Positions 40,689 through 54,460 of a stretch of 64,000 nucleotides of DNA are shown piece by piece. How positions within the stretch are numbered: position 1 is the stretch's first letter; each line of letters begins with the position of its first letter. The stretch is from Octopus vulgaris (Eukaryota): positions 50,778,001 through 50,842,000 of the forward strand of contig OX597828.1 in the NCBI GenBank assembly GCA_951406725.2, given 5' to 3'. The notes beneath the pieces are model-generated. The model was not told the DNA's origin. It saw only the letters and a list, made by a program, of their open reading frames with translations, and searched no databases. The translations under genes and the position numbers were made by a program.

Positions 40689-42207
40689 GTTATTGAATAT
40701 GAAATCTCCATGTTCGTTTGCCGATGTAGCATTCAACGGAATCGGAATTGGCCAACTATAAAGTGAGATTTTTCAAATTCTAATTTTTCGAACGTCTTTA
40801 ATTTTTTCCCCGTCGTTTGTTGGCCGTAATTAAAAGACAAACACAATCCATTTAATTGGACTACTTTAATGAAGAGTGTTGATTTAAATTTATTGAATTT
40901 CTCTAACTTCTCGATAAGATAAATTGTTCACATCAGAAATTTACTGCATTTATCATGAGATTGTTTTATATGCATGCCTCCTCAATCAATATATGCTTAC
41001 TCGATTAATATAAAAGTCTAGACTGAAAGGAAACACGGAATAGAAGAAAAATACTATCTTATTGAAATTCTCAACTAATTAGATAAAGACAATCACAACG
41101 AAAGTGACTTTTCATATAATTAATAGAATGTTTCTCTCTTAAGTCTACTTATATCCTGTATTTCATCACAGCTGTGGTTTGTTGCGACTTTATACAAGAG
41201 ACAGAAACTATTATATAAAATTAAATGTTTACAAAATACCCCGGCGTCGATATACTATAGAGTTAACTGGGTGTAGTTATCAATGGAAGCCATAGCACTG
41301 TTGGCTATCAAATATAATCGACACTCGAATATATCTAGTGGTAAGCAATTATAACTAGAAATTGTCCATCATTAGAGACTGCCAAATTGCTGTTTCGACT
41401 ATCGTCTATCACATTTAACAAAGTATTATCTAAATTCACTAAAGACTATCACATATAATTAACGACTGTTTATAGCTAAAGACAAATGTCTTTTAGTAGA
41501 TTGATGATATCTCAGACCGTTAAGTATTTCACTAGATGTCTCTTTTAACACAGGAAGCAATATGAAGATCCACAGAAAGATAATGAGGTATGCATATATT
41601 CGATAGCGAAAGTGAAAATGGAATAATGAAATAAATCATATCGAACAAGAGCATCGGAATGAAATCCCGCCCATGTGGTTTGCTGACCTTAGGGGAGGGT
41701 GATAAAATGGTATGATTTTAAGTATTCATTAAGGGTTATTTGATGGGAATTGACTTAGTGGTTAGGTTGCTGCACTTACGACATTGTGCTTTTGAGCAAA
41801 AAACTTCATCTCACGTTGTGCTGCGATCATTTCAACACATGACGCGCGGCGCACCGAGCACCGGTTCGAGCAACGTCGATTTGATGGACAGAGTAAGCTA
41901 ATGTACGACACGAACATTCAGCAAAAGCTAAACGCTCATACGTCGTCTTTGACAGGAGAGTCCATCATAGGGTATTTATCTCGAGTTTAGAATATGTATG
42001 CTGTAAATATGAATACATACATATACACACTAAAACAGAAATGTACCTTTTAACAAGCGGGTAACAATCAACGTCTTCTATACAAGTTGTTTATAACCCA
42101 ACCCTTATACACTATTAGTCATAGCTTTGCCTGCTTCGAGGTCTACCTTTACTAGATAGAATTCTTTAGCGTTCTATCGAAGTTTATAAAATCTCATGAG
42201 GTTAACG

Positions 42208-42316
<109 letters not shown>

Positions 42317-43327
42317 TATACTACATACATATATATGTATATACACATACCAACAAACACAATCACACTTACACAGACACTGCATACTCTTAAATGTGTG
42401 TATCCGTGCGTGTACGTGTATATACATGGTTGTATATATATATATATATATTAATAAATTGTATACATATGTACATATGTATATTCATATCTATATATGT
42501 GTGTGTGTGTAGACATACGCAAATGGACGTATCATACCTAAACCATCACATATGCTGCTCTCATATAGAGGAGAGTGCTTGTATATATACCACGCATTTA
42601 GAAGTACAGTGTGTTTACATGTATACACACAATTCTACTATTGCAGTAATCATATATTGATACAGACATTCATATAAGTATGAGTATGGTTTTAACAACA
42701 GCTCTATACTCATACGGAAAAACATAGTCAAATATTCTAATATTCTTATATTTATATACGTGTGTATACTCCGTGCATGTATATATCCATAAATGTATAT
42801 ATATATATATACACTTAGTTCAGCCACAAAAAACATATACACACCCCTTCGTGTATGAACACATAAATATATTGACAGATGTGTACCGCCATATATATAT
42901 GTACATAAAATCACACACATACACATACACATACACACACGCTCAGACACGCAATCTTATGTATAAACAAGAGGATGAGTAAGTATTTGTATTTTCGAAA
43001 ATACTTGTTTTTCAAAGCAAAAACGTATAACTGAAAATAGAAATAAATCACGTGTGTATATATGGTTCTATTATATATATAAAGTGAGGGAGAGAAAAGG
43101 AGTAGATTGTTCAGCAAATACTATAACAGAGAAAAAAATTATTGAGTATTCACCTTTATGAAAATATTGATTATGCGCATATATCTGTATACATTTATAT
43201 GTATATGTATGTATATACGCACACACATATTTACATACGTACATACACACATACGCGCGCGCGCACACACACACACACAAACGCACACAGATATATACAT
43301 ACATAAATACATACATACATACATACA

Positions 43328-43378
<51 letters not shown>

Positions 43379-43394
43379 TTTTATATATAATTTT

Positions 43395-43725
43395 GAATAA
43401 TGAGGGTGTTAAATTGAATATCAATTTCTAAGACATGAAAATAACGCCAATGTTATCGGTAGAACTATACACACATATAATTTTATAAGGACACCTAGTG
43501 TATAGTTCTACAAATTATATTGAATGGGAACGATCGTACTGAAGAATCCATAGACGATGATTACGTAAGTAAAATCGTTGATGACGAAACCGGTCTGCGA
43601 TTAATTCTGTATTTTGTATGTTTTCATCGGTCTTACCCACTTATGTTCTGGTATTTGCTGAATTTCTCTAGAGAACATTCTTTTCTTTGTAGTTAGATCG
43701 TAGGTGATCTTCTTCTAGCATATTG
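43395..43725 (+). mobile_element. Penelope-like terminal fragment with hammerhead
   Basis: Shares tail and 3' segment with 30705-30980; junction hairpin GTAGAACTATACAC/GTGTATAGTTCTAC (43459-43511). Confidence 0.7.
43533..43601 (+). ncRNA. Type I hammerhead ribozyme motif
   Basis: ATCGTA-CTGAAGA-stem II (CAT.GACGAT..TTAC-GTAA-GTAA.ATCGTT.ATG)-GAAA-CCGG-TC-TGCGAT; GUC cleavage triplet; palindromic stem III ACCGGT. Confidence 0.7.
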
Positions 43726-43727
43726 CA

Positions 43728-44295
43728 TGGCCACATAGTGGCCATCATTATTCCATCGATGGAGTAGTTTCTCCATGGCGCAAGCCTGAGCGGTAGAAAC
43801 GAAGACACTGTGCTGCCCAGACACCAGAATCTCCCTCTCGGCCCCCCAGACATAATCCAAAGGAATGCAGTGCAGTACGTTTGGAGTCTGGTTGGCTTCA
43901 GGAGTTGCCGGAAAGGGGTCGAGATTCGACACCCTACCGCCTTCGGGGCTCCACTCCGGATTTTCTGTCTGGGTTTACTCCCATAGCCTTTCCCTCTACC
44001 AAGAGCATCCGCAAGGCAGCGGAGCGAGGGTTTGGAGTCAGAGTTTTCCTTCTCCTAGACTGGCTGCCAACCAAGGCTAACGAGCCCAGTCTGCCCACCT
44101 GGTTATACAGCCAAGCACCCGGTCGCGCCACACAGCAGGCTCAGTGAGAACAGGGGGTACCGCATGAAGGTGCTGCTGTGGACACATTAGTGCAGGAGAG
44201 GCCATTAGCAAGAACTTTCCACAAGGCGCAGCCAAGTAGAAGTTCTGCAGCGATCATTACACCTGGAGAGGAGAGGCTATGAGTGACGCAATCAC
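43728..44295 (-). mobile_element. GC-rich element resembling an RTE-clade 5' UTR
   Basis: Minus strand GGGCAGACTGGGCTC.TTAGCCTTGGTTGGCAGCCAGTCTAGGAGAAGGAAAACTC resembles, from recall and not from a search, a motif of invertebrate RTE 5' regions. Confidence 0.5.
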
Positions 44296-44354
44296 ATACG
44301 TATATATATATATATATGTATATATATATGTATATATATATATATGTATATATA

Positions 44355-44699
44355 AAGGGGTAAAGACCCCCTTCGGTCATGAATGACCATGGGATTGCAC
44401 CTAGAAAGTTACCCTCCTAGACACAAGTCCGGGCAAGGTTGTTTATGAAAGTACCAGCAGTCGCTCATGCATATCGGCCTCTCCTCTCCACGCCACCAGT
44501 GTTATCCAAGGGAAAGGCAAGGGCCGATACAGCTTGGCACCAGTGACGTCGCAACTCATTTCTACAGCTGAGTGAACTGGAGCAACGTGAAATAAAGTGC
44601 CTTGCTCAAGAACACAACACACAGCCCGGTCCGGGATTCGAGCTCACAACCTCACAATCGTAAGCTCGACGCTCTAACCACTGAGCCATGCGCCTTCAC
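44355..44699 (-). mobile_element. tRNA-derived SINE related to family B, in (TA)n
   Basis: Minus-strand head GGCGCATGGCTCAGTGGTTAGAGCG...GAGCTCGAATCCC (A/B boxes), then CTTGAGCAAGGCACTTTATTTCACGTTGCTCCAG core. Confidence 0.85.
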
Positions 44700-44705
44700 A
44701 ATGTA

Positions 44706-44824
<119 letters not shown>

Positions 44825-46007
44825 CACATATATACATGTTACACTTATTTGTAAGTTCTATAAATTTGTTTCCATGATCTTTTTTATTATTCCTAATGCA
44901 CCTATTACCATATGCTGAGTTCGAGTTCTCTGGACCCGATGAGCGGAGAATATCTATTTCCAAGTCTTATATTTAGATAATGTCTCTATCTCAAAAGGAT
45001 CGATGTTATCATATAACCTCTCCTTTACAATCACTGATTTTGTATCTAAATTAGAGACATTATTTCCTGTTGACTACGTTTATTTCAATAAATTGCCATA
45101 TCTTTCCTTAGAAAGCAATAACTTATTTAATGTCCTAATTTTTTAATTAATTATACGAAAGAACAGGTTAATGTGCTTTAATTTAATTTTATTTTATTTT
45201 GTTAACCAACTTGAAGAATATAAAACAAAAACTATATTCAACGTCATGTTTGATTGTCATCGTTAGATGTTTCTGTTCTGGAAAAGGCAAGAAATAATAA
45301 ATGATGAAATATATAATACATTAAAATATGCATTGAAATATAAGCAAATAAAATGTTGTCATTAATTTTATGTGATAATTTAATTAGCTTCGATTAATGA
45401 GACGTAGCTTTAATTAGGTTATTCTTATCTCTTGCAAATATAATTTGTTAGAACGAATCGGGAAGCCAATTTAAACATATATGGCAACAAAGGAACAATG
45501 TCGGTGTATTTACTGAAATAATATACGTACATATACCATTGATACCTTGGAGATTGTGACTAGTTGAACGTAAATTGATGTCGTTAATAATAATACAAAG
45601 GTGTTGATTAGATTGAGAACAAATTGATGTATATTTGCAGTGTGTAAATATTTACTGAAAGACACACAGATGTTCACAAACCGTAAACATTTTCTGAGAT
45701 CAACTTGGTATACCAATAGACATTAATTAGTAACGATTAAGAACAACTTGTATGAAATATTTCAGAGTAGTCAATGGCGTGAATAAATACGACAATGAGA
45801 AATAAATGTCTAGGTGTTTCTGAAATTCTGCAAATTTTCGGGCCACGCATTTCAATCAAATAATTTGCCACTCAAATCACACCGAAAACGAACGGAATCT
45901 AAACTAGCGTAACTATAACCTCTTTAAACAAACGTCCTTCAACCATACCCAAAAGAAAATATTAGCAAATATCACTATCGTTTAAATTTGTACGTAAGAA
46001 TTCGGTT

Positions 46008-46162
46008 AGGCTTTGGCACAATGCCATCAATTTCGTGATCAACTGGTACTTATTTTATCGACCTCGGAAAGATGAAAGGCAAAGTCGACCTCGGTGGGAT
46101 GTGAACTCAGACCGTAAAGACGGCCGAAACGATGTGCTAACGATTTTGCCAGCTCGTCGATT
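46008..46162 (-). mobile_element. SINE family C (partial)
   Basis: GATGAAAGGCAAAGTCGACCTCGG core. Confidence 0.8.
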
Positions 46163-46298
46163 TAAACATGAATCTACTAATAAAAAATAAATTTACCGAA
46201 TAGGTTGCTTAATGAAGTATAATAAATAAAAAATAAATAAAACAAATAAATCATATAAAATATAGACTAATATAATATGACATAAAGTTCCAAATTAT

Positions 46299-46560
46299 AG
46301 CATATGGCGTAGTGGTTAAGGGCGCGGGCTACTAACACCAAGATTCCGAGTTCGATTCCAGGCAGTGACCTGAATAATAATAATAATAATAATAATAACA
46401 ACAACAACAACATCGAAAAATACCTTAGGAATGAGAACCCAGGTTCGAAATTTCCCCAAGATACAAGATGAAGGCTGGAGGGTATATCAGCCGAAACGTG
46501 GTAACAACAAACAAGATGAAGACAAATATCCGTCAATTGTAAATAATATAAATAATGTAT
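46299..46560 (+). mobile_element. tRNA-headed SINE with internal (AAT)n and decayed hammerhead-like 3' part
   Basis: A box TGGCGTAGTGG (46305-46315), B box GAGTTCGATTCC (46348-46359); TAC-AAGATGA-A-GGCTG...CAGCC-GAAA-CG-TG-GTA at 46462-46503. Confidence 0.7.
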
Positions 46561-47049
46561 TTAACAAATTACTAACATAAATATAACGACCAAAGTGCAA
46601 AGGAACTGAACAAGTTTCCATCTAACCATGCGGTATTAAATGCATACAATTTGGGAACATTTCAAACAAAACGTATAAGTATTGAATAAAGAGAATTGCA
46701 GAATATTTAAGCTAATATTTTTACCTAAAATGTATAATATTTAAAGACAATAGAAGACAAAAAAGTGGTTAAAATAAGCAAATAGTATCGAAATTATTCC
46801 TAAACTCCATATGCTGCAAAGAAGTTAACGAAATCACACGTTTATCTCTTAATCTCTTCGCTTTTAGAAAAAGAAATTACGAAAAATTATTTGGCGGAAG
46901 TCCATATCAATTTTCTAACGGAAATGACGTTGTACATAATAATATATGACTACCAATTTACTCCTAAACTTCAAAATAGTCACTTAAGCTTCACATGTCA
47001 TTAAAACTCCTTAGGATTCTGATCAATTGCAAGATGGAGATCATTGCAT

Positions 47050-47800
47050 ATTTTCTCAAAATGTTATCATATTATCCTGATCACAAGTTAAAACATTTAA
47101 CTAACGTAACATGTATCAATAATTTTTAATTTTATCACAAAACATGTCAAACAACTCTACCATATCTAATAACATGACTGGAAAACAAGTTATAGGCTAT
47201 CCTAAGAGGGATCCTATTTTGAAACCAGGCTAATCATACAATGATTAAAATCAAAATTATCAGTTTTATCATAAATATTAGACACAATAATTTTATTTAC
47301 TCTGGCCACCTTAACATATGCTTTGCTAACCTCATCCATTACCTCAAAAGTTTTAGTCACTTCGAAATCTGCCGGATATATTTTCCTAAGCAAATATTCT
47401 AAATGATTGTAGTTAGGAACAAAAATTACGTTCGTATATCTACAACACCTGCTGAATTGTTTAGCTAAACCTATAATTGCCCTTCGGCCTATGATCATTA
47501 AGGAAACAAAATTCACATGAAGACAAATACAAATCTGCTAATAAATAGTTACAATTTCTACCCATCGGAAACCACTTAAATTGTCTAAAAATACTTTCAG
47601 TTAATGCAATGTATATATTATTAACAATAAATATCTCCATCTCCGTTAGTTTTCTTTTACTAAAACACATATATCATTTTATCTGCAAAAGGTAATTCCG
47701 CAACATTTATAATGGCAAGATAACCTTTATTAAACACTGTGTCATTTATATCAAATATGTATCGGTGAGCAAGCGAAACTTCGAAGTTACTGACATGTTC
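47050..47800 (-). mobile_element. Degenerate Penelope-like reverse transcriptase fragment
   Basis: IVNNIYI..IFRQFKWFPMGRNCNYLLADLYL (compare RQxxGIPMGTNCAPLLADLYL), then RYTNVI (decayed RYIDD), KIYP and IYDKTDNFDF. Confidence 0.8.
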
Positions 47801-47887
47801 TCTACTAAAAAATTATTCAGTAGTCCTGTACTTTAATGTTGAATTGTTTTTATTTATAAGTTGACGGAAAACTCACTCATCGACACA

Positions 47888-47919
<32 letters not shown>

Positions 47920-50253
47920 TACACACACTCACACACACGTGTGTTACTCCGTGCCGTTGTGCGTGTGTATCAGCAAGACAATGTGTACATGTTGTTTTCT
48001 AAGATATTACATCGATAGCAGCTCTTTCAACTTCATGGAGATAGTAATGATTATCATGACGAAGACGAGTTAGTTTAGTCGACGTTGCTATTTGCAAACG
48101 TATGCTTATTTGGCTATTCTTTAAAATTGCACAAAATAGCAACGTACTCTTTCCATTGTCTCAGGTATTTTCTTTATGACTACATTTGTTTATTGCTGTG
48201 AATTTATCAACACATCCTTTATATTTTTTCTATCAATTCTGTTGCGTAATTTACACCCTGCTGCATCTCTCTAAATAAGGTAAAAATACATATTTTCAAG
48301 ATCTGTACCGAATTATAAATATTTACAGTAGTGTCTACATTCTTTGATTTTACGAATTGCTGAAGTCACACAAGCCGAATATAACTATTGCAAATTTCCT
48401 CTAAATGTCTGTTATAAATAAACTCTGCTCGTTGGAGTAAAAAAGAAGCTGGTGTAAATGTCAAACAGATAAACATGATAGGAAATATTTTGATAACGTG
48501 TGTTGGATTATGGTTGGTCCATTGTTATAAAGACACACACATACAAACGTACATGTATGTGTGTGTGTGTGTGTGCGTGCAGTGGAAATGTATTGTACAA
48601 AAATCAAAAAGACAGCGCACAGAGTGAAAAGTTAAAGCATATTCCATTAGCTTAATGCTTAAAAGGATACACACACACACACACATTTATTGTTGTGTCT
48701 TGAAATATAAATATATGTAACTGTACGTATATATGTGTGTGTCTATATATATATAAATACATACATATTTTTATGTGCACACACACAGACACAAGCACAC
48801 ACACACATATATAAGTACAAATACATACGTACATATAATATGTGTGTGTGTATATATATATACATATATTATGCATCTATGATTGGGTGGGCATGTGTTT
48901 ACTCATGCATGCTCACATATCAATTAAAAATAAATTTTTCACTGAGAGTAAATAAAATAATTCTTTCATAAGTAGTCTAATAATGTTGCAAAGGTTAGAC
49001 CGATGGATTTTAGAAATAAATTTAGATAAGAAAAATTGGAGATTGACTTCAATAAAAGGTTAAACAAATAACCTATGCTTAACTTTAAAATTATTTTAAA
49101 ACGAAATTATGTACTACGGAAATTGTATTTATTTCATTTGGTTTCAAATCGAAGTTTATTCTTGAACAAGTCAGACAATGGCTTTATTCTATAATTCCCA
49201 CTCTAAAGTAAGTACTACTTAAAATTCCTTAGCATTAGTTGGTTCAGAATTGTCCTTAATTATTTACACTTGTATTTGCATATTCTGTTGTATGTGTAAA
49301 TTTTTAGTTTTGATGCACAGATCTGCTGTTTTTACGGGTTTCAGCGTGTTGAGTGTTTATGAAATTTCGTGTATGAATGCACTCTCAAGATTTACGCTCA
49401 TACCTAAGGATAATCAATATTTTATGAAACGCAGAACGACATGTCTGTTTCTTTGAGTGCACCAATGAATGTATCTGTGTGTTTGTATCGACGACATTTA
49501 TGTAGAAGTCCAGAAAGTGAAGAATCGGTATTTCATAGACAAGGAAACACTTGTGAAATGTTTCTTACCTGATTTGCAAACCAAATATTTCTCGTACCAA
49601 TAGATATTTATTTTACGAGTGGTTAGCCCGATGGGAATCTATAACGCATTGATGACCAAAATCATGATGTAAACTAAATAGAAAATATAAGAATCGAGTG
49701 CCGAAGAATGACAAAGAAGCAGAAAGATTTCCAGTTGAATAATATATTTGTACGTATTTACATAAAACATGATAACGTCCTCTCTTAACACAGCCAGACA
49801 AAACTTAGCGTTGTATGCGTACATAATCGACAATCTACCTTTGTATTAAGGATAATATCTAGACCCTTCAAAACTTAGAACAAGCAGCGAAATCTGCCTG
49901 AAATTACATTATCCAAAATCTTAGAGTAAGGCGAATTCTGATGAATGAACGACTGGGAAAACTTGTAGTCTCAAGAAAGATTCAAACGGGGCATTAAACA
50001 ACAAGGGCAGCCGTATATGTACATACATATATTTCTACACACACACACACACACACACACAAACATATGCGTGCAATCACACACATTCACACGCGCGCGC
50101 ATACACACACATACACACACACACACATGAAGGCACGTGATCTACTCGTTGGTCTGTTGCACTGATGTTTTTTTAAAACTATATATATATATAGTTGTAA
50201 AAGATTTATGCATATATATATATATTTGTAAAAGCATATACATACGTACATAC

Positions 50254-50325
<72 letters not shown>

Positions 50326-50907
50326 TTGTAATCTAGTATATATATTTAGAGTTTCGTGAGGCTATCATAGAAAGCTCCTCTCGCTGAGTCGGCTAAAAGA
50401 GCACAAAGCAATCCCATACAAGATTGTATAGAGTAGAGTGTCCGTGCGGCTGAAATCGAGGAAAACTGATCGAGGAAATTATTTTATGAGGTGTATAAAT
50501 CACAAAACATCATTATATATGATAGGCAAATACATTTATCCAACCGTTTGCATCCTCAGATTTACCGCCCTATCGCAACTTTCTTCGTATGGTATTGATA
50601 TGAAAGTCGTAGAAATTATGTTTATATATATGCATTGATATTTATGCTACGCACTAAAAAATTGTATATTGATAACTCATTATAGTAAATGGAAATTACC
50701 TCATCAACGATTCAACTCTGTGTCAATGTATAAACATAATTTATAATACACTGAACTTACTATTTCATGGAAAAGGATGCGAAACAGTTCTAGTCCTATG
50801 GGTGACATGTGGTTCAATAACTTCTCATCTCTTCGCTTTTTATGGTGGATACACACATATGTATATCTATCTGTCTTCCGTTCTGTCTTTTTATCAATCT
50901 ATCTATT

Positions 50908-51017
50908 CTATAGGGGATTAGTGGAGGGGAGGTACGACGAGCTCGGGGCGAACTTGGACGTCGACGAGGAATACCTGACCCGCCTGTGTGCAGCCCTGTG
51001 TGGCCAATAAAGAAACT
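50908..51017 (+). mobile_element. Short LINE-derived insertion ending in the same 3' terminus as 53966-54400, followed by (ATCT)n
   Basis: TGTGCAGCCCTGTGTGGCCAATAAAGAAAC matches the reverse complement of 53966-53996. Confidence 0.7.
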
Positions 51018-51018
51018 A

Positions 51019-51098
<80 letters not shown>

Positions 51099-51147
51099 GT
51101 CTATCTATCTGTATGTCTGTCTGCCTGTCTGTCTGTCTAAATATATA

Positions 51148-51183
<36 letters not shown>

Positions 51184-51651
51184 TGTATGTATGTATGTAT
51201 GTATCTGTCTATCTATTTTACTGTCTGTCCCTATGTATGTTTGCATGTAAATTATGTATGTATGTGTATGTTTATATATGCATAGACATTCATACGCACA
51301 CACACGTGCACATACACACTCACACACTCACACACTCACACAAACAAACAAACAAACACACGCATATATATTAAAGTGATTCAGTAAAAGAAACAGAATT
51401 TGCCTGACTCAGCTTTGAATGAAAATACTTCGTTGGTTGAGAGCGATACATACCATATTTTAAACATCTTAAACTATTCTATTTAGTTTGAATTCTATGC
51501 ATTACTCCCCTTATTTTCTATTATTACAACGGAAAAGTAAATTTACAGAAAAAATAAGACACATAACTATAAATCAATAATCTTTTCGTTCTTTGCAGAA
51601 CCTCACGTGCTTATCCTTTCAAATAGAAGAATAAAGCACCAAAAAAAGGCG

Positions 51652-51697
<46 letters not shown>

Positions 51698-51804
51698 CTT
51701 TAAAAATTCAATTTGCACTTTATACCCGAAGAAAAACAGTTTGATGGGGAAGAAATGCAAATGAGATTTATCATATATCTATATATTATATCGATATGTA
51801 TATA

Positions 51805-52150
<346 letters not shown>

Positions 52151-52862
52151 GATATTTGCTATGCGTGCATATGTGTATGCATATGCCAATGAGAGTAGAG
52201 TTTCTATATCTGGATTATAATAATTCTACGTCGATTGAATTCATACAAAATAATATACATACACACATGCTCCATCCCCAGAAACACCACACACATACAT
52301 ATACAAGGTTCAAACTACCCACAACTGATTTGATTTGAAAACCCACTAGAATGGGAGCATATATATATGATATATATGTAAAAAATGTAATATATAAATA
52401 AATATCATATATATAATTTTCAATATATATATATATATATACATATATACATATATATAAATATATATATATATATATACATACAAACACTCATTTACAT
52501 ATATACACACCTATATACACATGTACATTGATACAAACATACGTATGTGTTGGCGCGCGTGTGTGCGTTTAGGTTTGTGCATTTCATGCTTCTGCATAAC
52601 ACGGCAAACATATATTCATTAGAAAAAGCTTCCTAAGTGAGAGAAAGGGATGACATTTTTTGGCGAACACTAAACGTTAAAAACAAACACGTACAGACAC
52701 ACATACACACGCACACATATTCTCACATACATACATACACATATACATGTATATTTTCACTTGTAAGCATACGTGCACATTCTTACATATATATAATTAA
52801 CAACTCTACATACGCACATGTACACGTACCTCTATCTATCTATCTATCTATCTACCTATCTA

Positions 52863-52893
<31 letters not shown>

Positions 52894-53033
52894 ATCAATC
52901 TATCTCTCTATCTCTCTTTCTGTGTGTGTGTGTGTCTGTCTGTCTATCTATCTGTAGATAGATGTGTAGATAGATAGATATGCAGGTAGGTATATAGATT
53001 GACCAGTAGATAGCTAGATGATAGATAGATAGA

Positions 53034-53080
<47 letters not shown>

Positions 53081-53126
53081 ATATATAAATATATATATAG
53101 AAAGATAGATAGATACAACATAGATA

Positions 53127-53177
<51 letters not shown>

Positions 53178-53179
<2 letters not shown>

Positions 53180-53926
53180 TAAGAAAGTTTGTTTGGTAAA
53201 GCACGTGGGTGAATATATAAGAAAATAGTAAAGAGTGAAAAAACGACAGAAGGCTTAAATGTTAAAAAATATATATATTTGTGTCAAAATGTCTGGGGAA
53301 TATTGGAAAAATTTTTTTCCTTTCCTTAAAATGACATAATTTTAAAATTTTTAAAGAAATTACCGGTTTCGCGTGTAGCTTTTCAAGTTTCTTGTGACGT
53401 TATGTTTATATTGCATGGAGTTATCGTTGTGTTTATTTTCAGGAGAATTCTAAATAAGGGGAGGTAGTGAGTGATTTCTTCCGGTGTAAGGGAGATAATC
53501 GCTTAAAAATTTTTTTCCCCTTTCCCTGTTAATTTCTCTGTGTCAGTATGTTCGGATGGTTGAGTCTGGGTTTGTACTTTTCAATGAAGAATGTTTCCTT
53601 GTTCAGTCTCATTTGTGTTGATGATCCGAAAGCACATTGGTAAAATGGGAAGATTAAAAATTGTGGCAGTAGTTGCTTTGCGCATTTCTCAATGTGCTCA
53701 CTAAAAGGTATCATTCTATATTCTGGGAATGCAATCTGTTGTCGATGCAGTGTGCATCTACGCCTGAGTGATAGTCCCGTGGGTTCCACGGGACTATCAC
53801 TCAACACAAATAAGGAAAGGAAAACATTTTTTCCAATATTCCCCAGACATTTTGACACAAATATATATATTTTTTAACATTTAAGCCTTCTGTCGTTTTT
53901 TCACTCTTTACTATTTTCTTATATAT
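53178..53926 (-). mobile_element. 5'-truncated Penelope-like element: GIY-YIG C-terminus, 3' pseudo-LTR with hammerhead-like motif, ~35 bp tail, and inverted pseudo-LTR copy at the 5' end
   Basis: ORF TGLSLRRRCTLHRQQI..PFSEHIEKC..RLNKETFFIEKYKPRLN (stop at 53529); inverted arms 53213-53327 and 53811-53926; junction hairpin 53766-53802; (TA)n on both sides. Confidence 0.88.
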
Positions 53927-53929
53927 ATA

Positions 53930-53965
<36 letters not shown>

Positions 53966-53969
<4 letters not shown>

Positions 53970-54400
53970 TCTTTATTAGCCACACAGGGCTGCACAAAGA
54001 TAGAACAAATTACAAGTTAGAGCTTTTCTTTTGAAGGTTTAAAAAAAAAAAAAAGGAAGGGGGAGTTTCGATCAAAAGGGATCGTAAAAGGAGAGAAAGA
54101 GGGCAAAAAAGGGGGGGGTTAAAAAAAAGGGGGAGAGGAAAAAAAAATTTGATCAATAGGGATCGTTATCACAGAAATGTCAATATGAAGTGTAAAGGGG
54201 AGGACAGGTGAAGTTTACCCGTGGAAATAAAAGCCTACGGAAAAGACCACGGTAACCTCGGTCAATGGAGTCACATGTTATATTTCTTTTTTTTTTTTTT
54301 GCAAATAAGCAACTCTCTGTTTTCAATTTCTGGGTTCATAGGATCATGCTCAAGGTGGCTTCGTCATTCATACGTGCCATTCTTGCTACATTCACCCATC
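53966..54400 (-). mobile_element. LINE 3' end (L1/Tx1-like, inferred) between (GATA)n and (TA)n
   Basis: Minus strand WVNVARMARMNDEATLSMIL* then a T/C-rich UTR ending in AATAAAGAAAC; terminus repeated at 50990-51016. Confidence 0.6.
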
Positions 54401-54401
54401 T

Positions 54402-54460
<59 letters not shown>

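Noticed and set aside
44976-45063. 12 bp inverted repeat ATAATGTCTCTA/TAGAGACATTAT
   Set aside because: Too short in AT-rich DNA and has no supporting features.
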